NCBI GenBank assembly: GCA_050738555.1
Contig: JBOHZO010000159.1
Location: forward strand, 1 to 56,563
Reading direction: 5' to 3'
Length of the DNA stretch: 56,563 bases
DNA from: Steroidobacteraceae bacterium
Lineage (GTDB): Bacteria; Pseudomonadota; Gammaproteobacteria; Steroidobacterales; Steroidobacteraceae
Below, piece by piece: positions 34,726 to 42,603 of the stretch. The stretch's first letter is position 1, and the number at the start of each line of letters is the position of its first letter. The position numbers and the translations under genes are program-made. Below the pieces are notes generated by a model. It ran no database searches and had not been told where the DNA came from. It saw only the letters and a list, made by a program, of their open reading frames with translations.

Positions 34726-36668
34726 GGCAGCGCGAACGCGATCAGGTGGTCGCCCTCGCCGAAAATCTCACCACCGCCGGCGGCGACCACGACAAATTGC
34801 CTGCCACCCGCGCGATAGCTGACCGGCGTGGCGCGTGCGCCGGCGGGAAGCTCGGCCCGCCACAACAGTTCACCGGTCTCGACGTCGAACGCGCGAAACG
34901 CCTTTTCGACGGTCGCGCCGATGAACACGAGGCCGCCGGCCGTCGCGATCGGACCACCGAGATTCGGCGAACCGGGCACCGCACCGTCCAGGTGGGTGCC
35001 GAGCGGAACTTCCCAGACTTTTTTCAGATTTAAAAGATCCACGCCGACCAGCGCGCCCCAGGGCGGCGGCGAGCAGAGCGCCCCCGAGGGCGCGCGCAGG
35101 AACCGGCGGCGCATCACGTAGCCGGTGCCGACCATGTTCGTGTACTCGTATCCCTGATTCAGGCGGTCCGATTCCTCTTCCGCCGCGTCGTCGTCGAAAT
35201 CCGCAGGCATCAACTGCACCATCGAAGCGATCGTGTTGACCGGCACAACCGCGATCTGCCGGTCGGAGTTGATCGCCAGCCCGCCCCAGTGCGCGCCGCC
35301 GATGTTGGACGGGCGCACGAGCGTGCCCTGCAGGCTCGGCGGCGTAAAGATGCCTTCGTTGCGGAGTTCCTTGATCAGCGAGCCGCAGACCAGCCGATCG
35401 GCTTCAGCCAGGCCGTCGAGTTCCTTCTCTGCGAGTCCGTGCGGGCTCAACTGGATTGCGCTGAATGGCTGCGTGGCGGAAGCGCGTTCACGCGGCACGT
35501 CGCTCGCGGGGACGGCGCGCTCTTCTACTGGAACCAGCGGCTCGCCGGTCTCGCGGTGCAGCACGAACAGCATGCCGGTCTTCGTCGCTTGCAGGACTGC
35601 CGGGATCGATTCTCCGCCGCGCCGGAGCGTCGCGAGCGCCGGCGGCGCGGCATTGTCGTAGTCCCAGAGATCGTGATGCACGGTCTGGAGATGCCAGGCG
35701 ACTTCACCCGTCGCGGCACGGAGCGCGACGATCGAATTCGCGTAGCGGTTGCTGCCGGGACGCAAGCCGCCGAAGTAGTCGGGTCCCGGGCTCGAAGTCG
35801 GCGCAAAGATCAGGCCTCTCTCGGGATCGGCGACCATCACCGACCAGACGTTGGCGGCGCCGGTCGCCGGCGCGCTGTCATTCTCCCAGGTCGCATAGGC
35901 AGGGTCCTTTGCGTCCTGCGGGATCGGGTCCCAGCGCCAGCGGAGCTTGCCGGTGCGAACGTCGAAAGCGCGGACCTCGCCGCTTGCCGGCGCGATGCGG
36001 CTGTTGTCCGCGATCGCGGAGCCCGTGACGACGAGATCGCCGACCACGAGCGGCGGGGACGTCACCTGGTACGCCGGGAACTCGAATGGCGCATGCCGCA
36101 GGCCCTTGCGCAGATCGATCATGCCCCGCGCACCGAAGTCGCCGCAGGCACGGCCGGTGGCGCCGTCCACCGCGAAGAGCCGCGCATCGATGGTCGCGAC
36201 GAAGATCCGGCGCCGGCAGGGCGAACCCGCCGGCGCCTTGTCGTCGAGCCAGCTGCTGACGCCGCGGTTCGCGAAGTCCCCGTAGTGCGCCTTGCGGCGC
36301 GACTTCGGGTCGAAGCGCCAGCGTTCCGTGCCGGCCGCCGGATCGAGCGCGATCAGCTCGCCGAGCGGTGTCGTGAGATAGAGCGTCCCATCCACCACGA
36401 TCGGCGTCGTTTCGAAGCGCGGGTCTTTGCTGGTCTTGATGCCGCGATGGCCGGTGCGGAATGTCCAGGCGACCGCGAGCCGCGAAACATTGGTGCGATT
36501 GATGTCCGTGAGCGGCGAATAACGCGCGCCGCCCGGGTCGCGGCCGTAGGCGGGCCAGTCGTCGCTTGCGGACTGCGCGGATGCGACCGGTGCTTGCATT
36601 GGAATCGCAAGACACGCGACAAGCATGGCAAGACATGTCGTTGCACAACCTCTCGTTCCGTGCTCCAT
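34722..36668 (-). CDS. PQQ-dependent dehydrogenase (glucose/quinate/shikimate family), periplasmic
   Basis: Start at MEHGTRGCATTCLAMLVACLAIPMQAPVASA (signal peptide; RBS GGGAGG). DDWPAYGRDPGGARYSPL and repeated PQQ beta-propeller motifs. Confidence 0.85.
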   Translation of the reverse strand: MEHGTRGCATTCLAMLVACLAIPMQAPVASAQSASDDWPAYGRDPGGARYSPLTDINRTNVSRLAVAWTFRTGHRGIKTSKDPRFETTPIVVDGTLYLTTPLGELIALDPAAGTERWRFDPKSRRKAHYGDFANRGVSSWLDDKAPAGSPCRRRIFVATIDARLFAVDGATGRACGDFGARGMIDLRKGLRHAPFEFPAYQVTSPPLVVGDLVVTGSAIADNSRIAPASGEVRAFDVRTGKLRWRWDPIPQDAKDPAYATWENDSAPATGAANVWSVMVADPERGLIFAPTSSPGPDYFGGLRPGSNRYANSIVALRAATGEVAWHLQTVHHDLWDYDNAAPPALATLRRGGESIPAVLQATKTGMLFVLHRETGEPLVPVEERAVPASDVPRERASATQPFSAIQLSPHGLAEKELDGLAEADRLVCGSLIKELRNEGIFTPPSLQGTLVRPSNIGGAHWGGLAINSDRQIAVVPVNTIASMVQLMPADFDDDAAEEESDRLNQGYEYTNMVGTGYVMRRRFLRAPSGALCSPPPWGALVGVDLLNLKKVWEVPLGTHLDGAVPGSPNLGGPIATAGGLVFIGATVEKAFRAFDVETGELLWRAELPAGARATPVSYRAGGRQFVVVAAGGGEIFGEGDHLIAFALP

Positions 36669-36672
36669 GGCC

Positions 36673-37179
36673 TTACCTCCCGACCACCCGCATCTGCGCC
36701 TCCGCGAAACGCTGCAGCTTCCCGCCGCGCGCATAACCCTCGACGCGGATCAGGTACGGGCCTTCCGGCAGCATCGACGTGTTGAACGACAGGCGCAGGT
36801 CGTAGTTCGAATCGCGCACCACCTGGTCGGCATGCACGAGCAGGGTGCCGTCGTGCCGCAGCAGGCTCACGCGGAACCGCGAGTGCTGATTGGTCCGTGC
36901 GTTGATCAAGAGGTCGATGCGCTCGGGAAACTGGCCGCCGCCCACTGAGAGGGCACGCGGCGAGCGCGGGTCGATTCGCACGGTGCGGTTCGACGAAGGC
37001 GCTTGCAGGAACCCCACCGCCGCCTGCTGCTCGAGCACTTCGAGCCGATCCTCGGCAACGCCCCAACGCCACGCGACCCAGATGAGTGCCACGGCCAGCG
37101 CGAGCATTGCCGCTGCGGTGCCGACCAGGACCTTGTGTTCCTGGATCTTGTCGATCCAGGGCGAAATTTCGGTAGGCAT
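36673..37179 (-). CDS. Single-pass membrane protein, unknown function; upstream of and co-oriented with the PQQ dehydrogenase
   Basis: Start MPTEISPW (RBS AGGAG). TM segment VLVGTAAAMLALAVALIWVAWRW, about 110-aa C-terminal domain. Its stop is 4 nt from the PQQ-DH start. Confidence 0.6.
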   Translation of the reverse strand: MPTEISPWIDKIQEHKVLVGTAAAMLALAVALIWVAWRWGVAEDRLEVLEQQAAVGFLQAPSSNRTVRIDPRSPRALSVGGGQFPERIDLLINARTNQHSRFRVSLLRHDGTLLVHADQVVRDSNYDLRLSFNTSMLPEGPYLIRVEGYARGGKLQRFAEAQMRVVGR

Positions 37180-37241
37180 TGACCCAACTCCTGGGGCTCG
37201 CCCGTTTATTCTATGCATTCGCCGCCCAAGGAGGGCCTGTC

Positions 37242-38774
37242 ATGCCTGTGCCCGTTGCCCGATCCGGCCTGCTGACGGCCGGTGCCCTGCTCGCACTCAA
37301 TGCCGTCGCCGCCGAGCCGCGGGTTTCGCTCACCGTCTACAGCTCGGCGCAGCCGGGCGGCATCCCCGCGGAGTGGTACCGGCCATTGCCCGGCATGGGC
37401 ACGCCGCAGGCCAGTCAATTGCCGGGCTTCGCGCTGGTGCGGCTCGACCGGGACCTGCAGATCCCGCGCGGGCGCGGAACGATCCAGTTCACGGATGTCG
37501 CGGCGCTCATCGACCCGACGACGGTGCAGTTCCTCTCGCTGACCGATCCGGACGGCACCAGGGTGCTCGAACAGAATTTCCAGTTCGATCTCGTGAGCCA
37601 GGACAAGCTCCTGTCGCGCTACATCGATCGCGAAGTGAGCGTGGAGCAGCAGAGCGGAGACGGCGTCAAGGTGGTCGACGGCACGCTGGTTTCATCGAAC
37701 GACGGACTGGTGCTCCGCGGCTCGGACGGCCAGATTCACGCGCTCCGCGAGTGGAGCAACGTGCGCTTCGGCGAGCTGCCGGGCGGGCTGATCACGCGAC
37801 CGACGCTCGAATGGGACATGCAGTCGGGGCAGGGCGGCGCGCAGCGTGCGCGGGTCTCGTACCAGACGGGCGGCATCACCTGGTGGGCCGATTACAACCT
37901 GATTTTCAGCGAAGGCGCGGACGCAAATTCCGGATTCGTGGATATCGGCGCCTGGGTGAGCCTCCTGAACCAGTCGGGAGCGCGTTATCAGGATGCGAAG
38001 CTGAAGCTCATCGCGGGCGACGTGAACCGCGTCGAAGCGGCGCAGAAGTTTGCCCGCGGGCGCGTCGCGGAAACTTCGTTTATGACTGACGCCGCAGCAC
38101 CCGGCTTCGAGGAAAAAGCCTTCTTCGAATACCACCTCTACACGCTCGGCCGGCCGGCGACCATTCCGAACAACTCGACCAAGCAGATCGAACTCTTCGA
38201 CGCGGCGACCCGGGTACCCGCGAAGAAGCAGCTTGTTTACTACGGCGCAGTTCTCGAGGGGTACTTCGTCTACGGCGCGCCGATGATGGACCGCGAGTTC
38301 GGTCCTGCGTCGAACACCAAGGTGGACGTGTGGCTCAACTTCAAGAACGACAAGGCCTCCGGGATGGGCATGCCGCTGCCTGCCGGGCGGATCCGCGTCT
38401 CGCAGCAGGACAAGGCGGACGGAAGCCTCGAGTTCGTCGGCGAGGACAAGATCGACCACACGCCGAAGGACGAGGACGTGCGCGTGAAGCTCGGAACGGC
38501 GTTCGACGTCGTCGGCGAGCGCCGCCAGACGGATTTCCGGATCAATACCAGCGGCAAGGTCATGGAGGAAGCGTTCGAGATCAAGGTCCGGAACCACAAG
38601 GACCAGCCGGTCGAAGTGATCGTTCGCGAAAACCTGTATCGCTGGAGCCAGTGGACGCTGATCGAGCAGTCGATGCCGCCGGTCAAGAAAGACGTGCGGA
38701 CGGTCGAGTTTCCGGTGCGGATCGCCGCGGACGGCGAGGCGACTGTGACTTACCGCGTGCGCTACAACTGGTGA
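37242..38774 (+). CDS. Exported conserved protein, DUF4139-like (tentative)
   Basis: RBS AAGGAGGG, signal peptide MPVPVARSGLLTAGALLALNAVAAEP. About 510 aa, beta-rich. Family assignment is from memory of DUF4139/DUF4140 proteins. Confidence 0.6.
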   Translation: MPVPVARSGLLTAGALLALNAVAAEPRVSLTVYSSAQPGGIPAEWYRPLPGMGTPQASQLPGFALVRLDRDLQIPRGRGTIQFTDVAALIDPTTVQFLSLTDPDGTRVLEQNFQFDLVSQDKLLSRYIDREVSVEQQSGDGVKVVDGTLVSSNDGLVLRGSDGQIHALREWSNVRFGELPGGLITRPTLEWDMQSGQGGAQRARVSYQTGGITWWADYNLIFSEGADANSGFVDIGAWVSLLNQSGARYQDAKLKLIAGDVNRVEAAQKFARGRVAETSFMTDAAAPGFEEKAFFEYHLYTLGRPATIPNNSTKQIELFDAATRVPAKKQLVYYGAVLEGYFVYGAPMMDREFGPASNTKVDVWLNFKNDKASGMGMPLPAGRIRVSQQDKADGSLEFVGEDKIDHTPKDEDVRVKLGTAFDVVGERRQTDFRINTSGKVMEEAFEIKVRNHKDQPVEVIVRENLYRWSQWTLIEQSMPPVKKDVRTVEFPVRIAADGEATVTYRVRYNW

Positions 38775-39583
38775 GGATCGATCGAAAGCGCCGCGCCGAC
38801 GCGGAGCCGTTCGCCGACGCCCGCTACCAGGGTGCAGTTCTGCCCGAAAGTGACGCCGTTGAGCGTGTAATCGTGGCGGTACTTGCCGAGGGCGCGCAAT
38901 GGCTGCTGATGCGCGTCACGCTCGCCGCTCAGCTGATCGGTGGTCGTGACCGCGCAGCGGGTGCAGAGCCTGACCCCCCGCAGCACGATTGAATCACTGC
39001 GAAAAAGTGTCATCGCGTCTTCCGCATGCGCCGGGACTCCTTCGATCACGAGATTCGGCCGGAAGCGCGCCATCGGGATCGGCTCCGGCAGCCGGCGGTT
39101 CAGTTCCGCGAGCGACTCGTTCGAGATCATCAGGATCGGATAGCCGTCCGCGAAAGTGACAGGCTGCGGCTGCGATCCCGCGTATTTCGGATTGGCGAGG
39201 CGCGGCGCCGCGGGGTCGACTCGAACGAGCCGGACGGTGTCGTCGAGGACACGTGACAGCCAGGCGGCCGCTTCGTCGCCGGCGTCGATCCCCAGGCACT
39301 CGTCAGCCCAGATCCGCACGCGCCGCGATACGCCCGCGTGATTCACATCCAGGGTGAGCGGCGCATGGCCGGCTGCCGAGAGGCGGAGCTTTCCATCGCC
39401 GACCGACACCGTGATGGTTGCGAGCCTCGGGTGCGATCGCTGGGTGATGAATTGATCCGGCGGCTGGATGATCATCCAGCGGCGATCCCACTCGGGGCCG
39501 GTCGGCGTCATCAGCGTCGATTCGATGTCGATGCCGCGGCAGGACTTCACCGGATAGATGTGCAGGCTCGCGATTCTGGCCAT
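38762..39583 (-). CDS. MOSC domain protein (MOSC_N beta-barrel + MOSC, YcbX-like but without the ferredoxin domain)
   Basis: MARIASLHIYPVKSCRG... and the conserved Cys context LCTRCAVTT. ATG at 39583 with GAGG overlapping the stop codon of the upstream CHAT gene. Confidence 0.85.
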   Translation of the reverse strand: MARIASLHIYPVKSCRGIDIESTLMTPTGPEWDRRWMIIQPPDQFITQRSHPRLATITVSVGDGKLRLSAAGHAPLTLDVNHAGVSRRVRIWADECLGIDAGDEAAAWLSRVLDDTVRLVRVDPAAPRLANPKYAGSQPQPVTFADGYPILMISNESLAELNRRLPEPIPMARFRPNLVIEGVPAHAEDAMTLFRSDSIVLRGVRLCTRCAVTTTDQLSGERDAHQQPLRALGKYRHDYTLNGVTFGQNCTLVAGVGERLRVGAALSIDPHQL

Positions 39584-39593
39584 GCGCAATGCC

Positions 39594-42398
39594 TCAGGTC
39601 TTCGGCGCCTTCAACGTGAAGTCGAAGCTGCCGTAGTGCAGGTAGTTCGCCCAGTCGGCGGAGGGCAGCCCGCGGACCGCGGCGCGGGCAGCGTTGAGTG
39701 CGGCGCCGATTGAATCGCCCTTGGCGAGGTCGCTATAGAGCGTTGCGGCGAAGGCGGTCGCCGCCGTGTCGGAAACCGGCCACCAGGTGCCGATGAAATT
39801 CGCGACACCGCCGCGCAGGAAAGCTTCGGCGAATCCCACGCTGCGGTCGAGCTGCCGGAGCGGATTGACCGTCGCGCGGAGCCGCCCCGATTCGCAGGCG
39901 TTGAAGAAGACGAGCGCCGGCACTGAATCCATCGCCGCGAGGTCTGCGCCGGACAGCACGCGCCCGCCCGCGCAGAGGATGCCGCTCGAGGCCGGCGCCG
40001 CGGCATCGAACCAGGCGTGGCCCGCAAAATGGATGGCGTCGTAATCGCCGGAGCGGAACTCTGCGAGGAGGCGCGCGCGCGTCGCGTCCGCGTCGCGAAT
40101 GGCGGTGATCCCCGCGCCGGGGAGTTGCGCGAGCATGGCAGCGACGCGCTCGCCTTCCTCGACCGCGCCCGGCAGGTCGCCGGTCGGATTGATCACGAGC
40201 AGCACGTTGAATTCGCGCGCGCGGCGGCGCTGCTCGCGCCACTTCGCGACCGACATGCCTTCCGCGGCATAGCGGCGGCTGAGTCCCATGGCCGCGGCCG
40301 GCGCCCAGCCCCTGAGGCTCAGGACTTCCCAGGGCCAGTGCGCGCTCGCCGTGTCGTGCACCACGACGAGCGGCGCATTCTTCACGGATGGGAGGGCCTC
40401 TGCGATTTCTTCCGGCAGCAGCAACTCCGCCAGCCTCTGCCCGAACTCCTCCAGTTCACCGATGCCCATGCCGGGCACGAGACGCGAGTGCTCGCGTTCG
40501 AGCAGCCGCAGGTCGAGCCGGCGGCTGGCGACGAGGGCGGTCGCTTTCGGCGCGGGGCCCAGCAGCGCGACGCGGAGATGCGCGGCAGATTCCTGCACGA
40601 AGAGCCAGGCGAGCGGCGTCGCCGTCGGCTTCTCGACGCGTGCGGGCTTGCGCGAGGGCTTGCGCTGCGGCGCGAGGCGCAGGAGCGGCGCGGCCGGATG
40701 CAGCCGCAGCAGATCCTCGGCCACACGGCGCGCCGTGGCGAGGCGATCGCTACTCCGCGACACGACGGTAATGCGCCGCAGCCGCTGTTCGGGCGCGAGA
40801 TCGCTCAATGCCGTCAGCACGCCCTCGAGTTGCGCGCGCGCGGCATCCGCCGGCTCGGCGCCCGAGGCCGTGCCCCAGAGCACCATCGAAAAGTTCTCGA
40901 CCCCGGCGAGCGCGAGCGTGCGGGTCACGTTCGCCGCCGCCAGGCGCTGAACGTCCGGACCATAGCGGCCGAAATGGCCCAGTCCCGCGAACACGACGAG
41001 CCGCGGCACGAGCCCGCGCCGTCCGACCGGCAGCACGAAGACCTCGCCGGCCGCCGCGCTGATCGCGCGCCGGCGCGCCAGGTCGCTGATTGCGCCGTGC
41101 AGCATTCGGTCGATCGCCTGCGCCGCGCCCGCGGGCTCGACGTTCGCGAAGGCGCCGAGCACGATCGCGGTGCTGCCACTCTGCGTGATGCTGCCCTCCA
41201 TGAATGAAAGCTCGACGGGCTTGACGACCGCCTTGCGTTTCGGCGTGATCGCGACGGTCGAGGTCTGTGTGACGCCGACGAACTCGTGCAGGAACTCGCG
41301 TTGCTCGCGCTCGGAGAGATCATTCCAGGCGATCTTGGGTGCGGGCCCCGCGCGCAGGTCCTCCTGCCACAGCGTCGGCACGCCGCGGTGGCGCGGCAAC
41401 ACGCGCGGCAAGGCATTCGTCGAATCGCCGCGCGCGAGATCGGTGACGGCTCGGCCAACTTCGGCGTTGCCAGGCAGCGAGCCGTGGCTTTCTTCGGTGT
41501 ACCAGGTCTTGAGATTCGGCCACTGCGCGAGCGCGAGGGGCACCGTGCCGTCGCCCGCCGGGCCGCGTCCGAACTCCAGCTTGCGGTTGATGCGGCGAAG
41601 TCCCAGCACCGTGTCCTGGCCGAAGCCTGCGATCAGCCGGAAGCGCTCGTCAGGCGGCGGCAGGGCCTTGATGGCCTCGTGCGCTTCCTCGAGCAGGTCC
41701 GCAGCCGGCTTCGGCCCGTCGGGCCACTGTTCGGCATCGAATGGATCGAAATCCTTGCAGAGGTTGGCCGCGGGAAGCATTCCGCAGAGTCCCGGCAGGG
41801 TCGTCATCATCTTGCGCGCGAGATCGTCCGCGCTGTGCTTGAGATCGAGCATCGAGATCCGGCGGATCAAGGGGTAAGTGCCGCGCAGGGCCTGCACCGC
41901 GACGAATACGCCTTTGTTCGGCGTACCGAGCTGGATCACGCGGCTGATGCGCTCCGCGCCCTTGTTCGCAAGCGCTGCGCGCGCGACGAGCCCACCCATG
42001 CTGTGGCCGACGAGCACGATGTCCTGGCGGCGCTCGCGCAGCAGCCGGTCGGCGAGCTCGCGGCCGTTCCAGAGCATGTCGCGGCGCCAGTCGTAGGGAT
42101 GGAACGCGGCGTCGAAGCCGGCGATGCGCAGCACGAGCCGCAGGCGCTCGTAGGCGAATCGCAGCACGCCGAGTGCCCAGTAACGGCTGCCGCCTGGCAA
42201 GGCGAGCTTGACGAGCTGCCCCTGCGCGATTTCGACCGGGTCGAACCAGGTGACGTCCATGCCGCCGTTCTTGCGCAGCCGCCCGATGCTCGAACCCATG
42301 ATGCCGGGAAGGATCAGGAGTCGCGGGCCGCCGCGCATGCCCGCCGCGCGCCGCGCCAGCCGCGACAGCTCTTGATCGGCTTCGAGGTATGCGGGCAT
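39594..42398 (-). CDS. 934-aa fusion protein: LCAT/PGAP1-like alpha/beta-hydrolase (lipase) + M17_N/macro-like domain + C-terminal CHAT (caspase-like) protease
   Basis: N-terminus: HPYDWR (aa 100-105), nucleophile elbow VGHSMGG (Ser133), GDGTVP, EESHGSL. Middle (about aa 395-520): IVLGAFAN..AAQAIDRMLHGAISDLARRR..GEVFVLP..PRLVVFAGLGH aligns by eye with the E. coli PepA N-domain. C-terminus: AIHFAGHAWFD ... ALVFFNACESG is the CHAT His/Cys dyad. Confidence 0.8.
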   Translation of the reverse strand: MPAYLEADQELSRLARRAAGMRGGPRLLILPGIMGSSIGRLRKNGGMDVTWFDPVEIAQGQLVKLALPGGSRYWALGVLRFAYERLRLVLRIAGFDAAFHPYDWRRDMLWNGRELADRLLRERRQDIVLVGHSMGGLVARAALANKGAERISRVIQLGTPNKGVFVAVQALRGTYPLIRRISMLDLKHSADDLARKMMTTLPGLCGMLPAANLCKDFDPFDAEQWPDGPKPAADLLEEAHEAIKALPPPDERFRLIAGFGQDTVLGLRRINRKLEFGRGPAGDGTVPLALAQWPNLKTWYTEESHGSLPGNAEVGRAVTDLARGDSTNALPRVLPRHRGVPTLWQEDLRAGPAPKIAWNDLSEREQREFLHEFVGVTQTSTVAITPKRKAVVKPVELSFMEGSITQSGSTAIVLGAFANVEPAGAAQAIDRMLHGAISDLARRRAISAAAGEVFVLPVGRRGLVPRLVVFAGLGHFGRYGPDVQRLAAANVTRTLALAGVENFSMVLWGTASGAEPADAARAQLEGVLTALSDLAPEQRLRRITVVSRSSDRLATARRVAEDLLRLHPAAPLLRLAPQRKPSRKPARVEKPTATPLAWLFVQESAAHLRVALLGPAPKATALVASRRLDLRLLEREHSRLVPGMGIGELEEFGQRLAELLLPEEIAEALPSVKNAPLVVVHDTASAHWPWEVLSLRGWAPAAAMGLSRRYAAEGMSVAKWREQRRRAREFNVLLVINPTGDLPGAVEEGERVAAMLAQLPGAGITAIRDADATRARLLAEFRSGDYDAIHFAGHAWFDAAAPASSGILCAGGRVLSGADLAAMDSVPALVFFNACESGRLRATVNPLRQLDRSVGFAEAFLRGGVANFIGTWWPVSDTAATAFAATLYSDLAKGDSIGAALNAARAAVRGLPSADWANYLHYGSFDFTLKAPKT

Positions 42399-42419
42399 CG
42401 CGCGATTCTACCGGTGCGC

Positions 42420-42570
42420 GTCTTAAAGGGGACGTCGTCTTAAAGGGGACGTTCACCTTTACGTCTTAAAGGGGACGTTCACCTTTAATTTGGCCAGAGT
42501 CGAACAGGATCGCCGTTATCCCGATTAAAGGTGAACGTCCCCTTTAAGACGAAGACGTCCCCTTTAAGAC
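42420..42570. repeat. Dispersed palindromic repeat, locus 4: nested compound palindrome (5 core copies)
   Basis: gtcttaaaggggacgtc (42420-36) pairs with gacgtcccctttaagac (42554-70). Tandem gtcttaaaggggacgttcaccttta (42437-61) and cgtcttaaaggggacgttcacctttaa (42462-88) both match ttaaaggtgaacgtcccctttaagac (42525-50). The central spacer is 36 nt. Confidence 0.9.
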
Positions 42571-42603
42571 GCCCTTTAATACGCGCGCCATTAGAATGCC
42601 GCC

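Noticed and set aside
41650-42456. ORFs beginning MNVPF... or ending ...KGDVPL (also 20207-20437, 50286-50591 and the start of 6313)
   Set aside because: The shared peptide strings are simply translations of the dispersed repeat core (GTGAACGTCCCCTTT / AAAGGGGACGTTC). They do not indicate a protein family.
42420-42570. Possible CRISPR mini-array (also considered for 50221-50356)
   Set aside because: The repeats occur in inverted as well as direct orientation, and spacing is irregular (0-36 nt). The units pair with each other as nested palindromes. No cas genes or leader are present. This is REP/MITE-like, not CRISPR.
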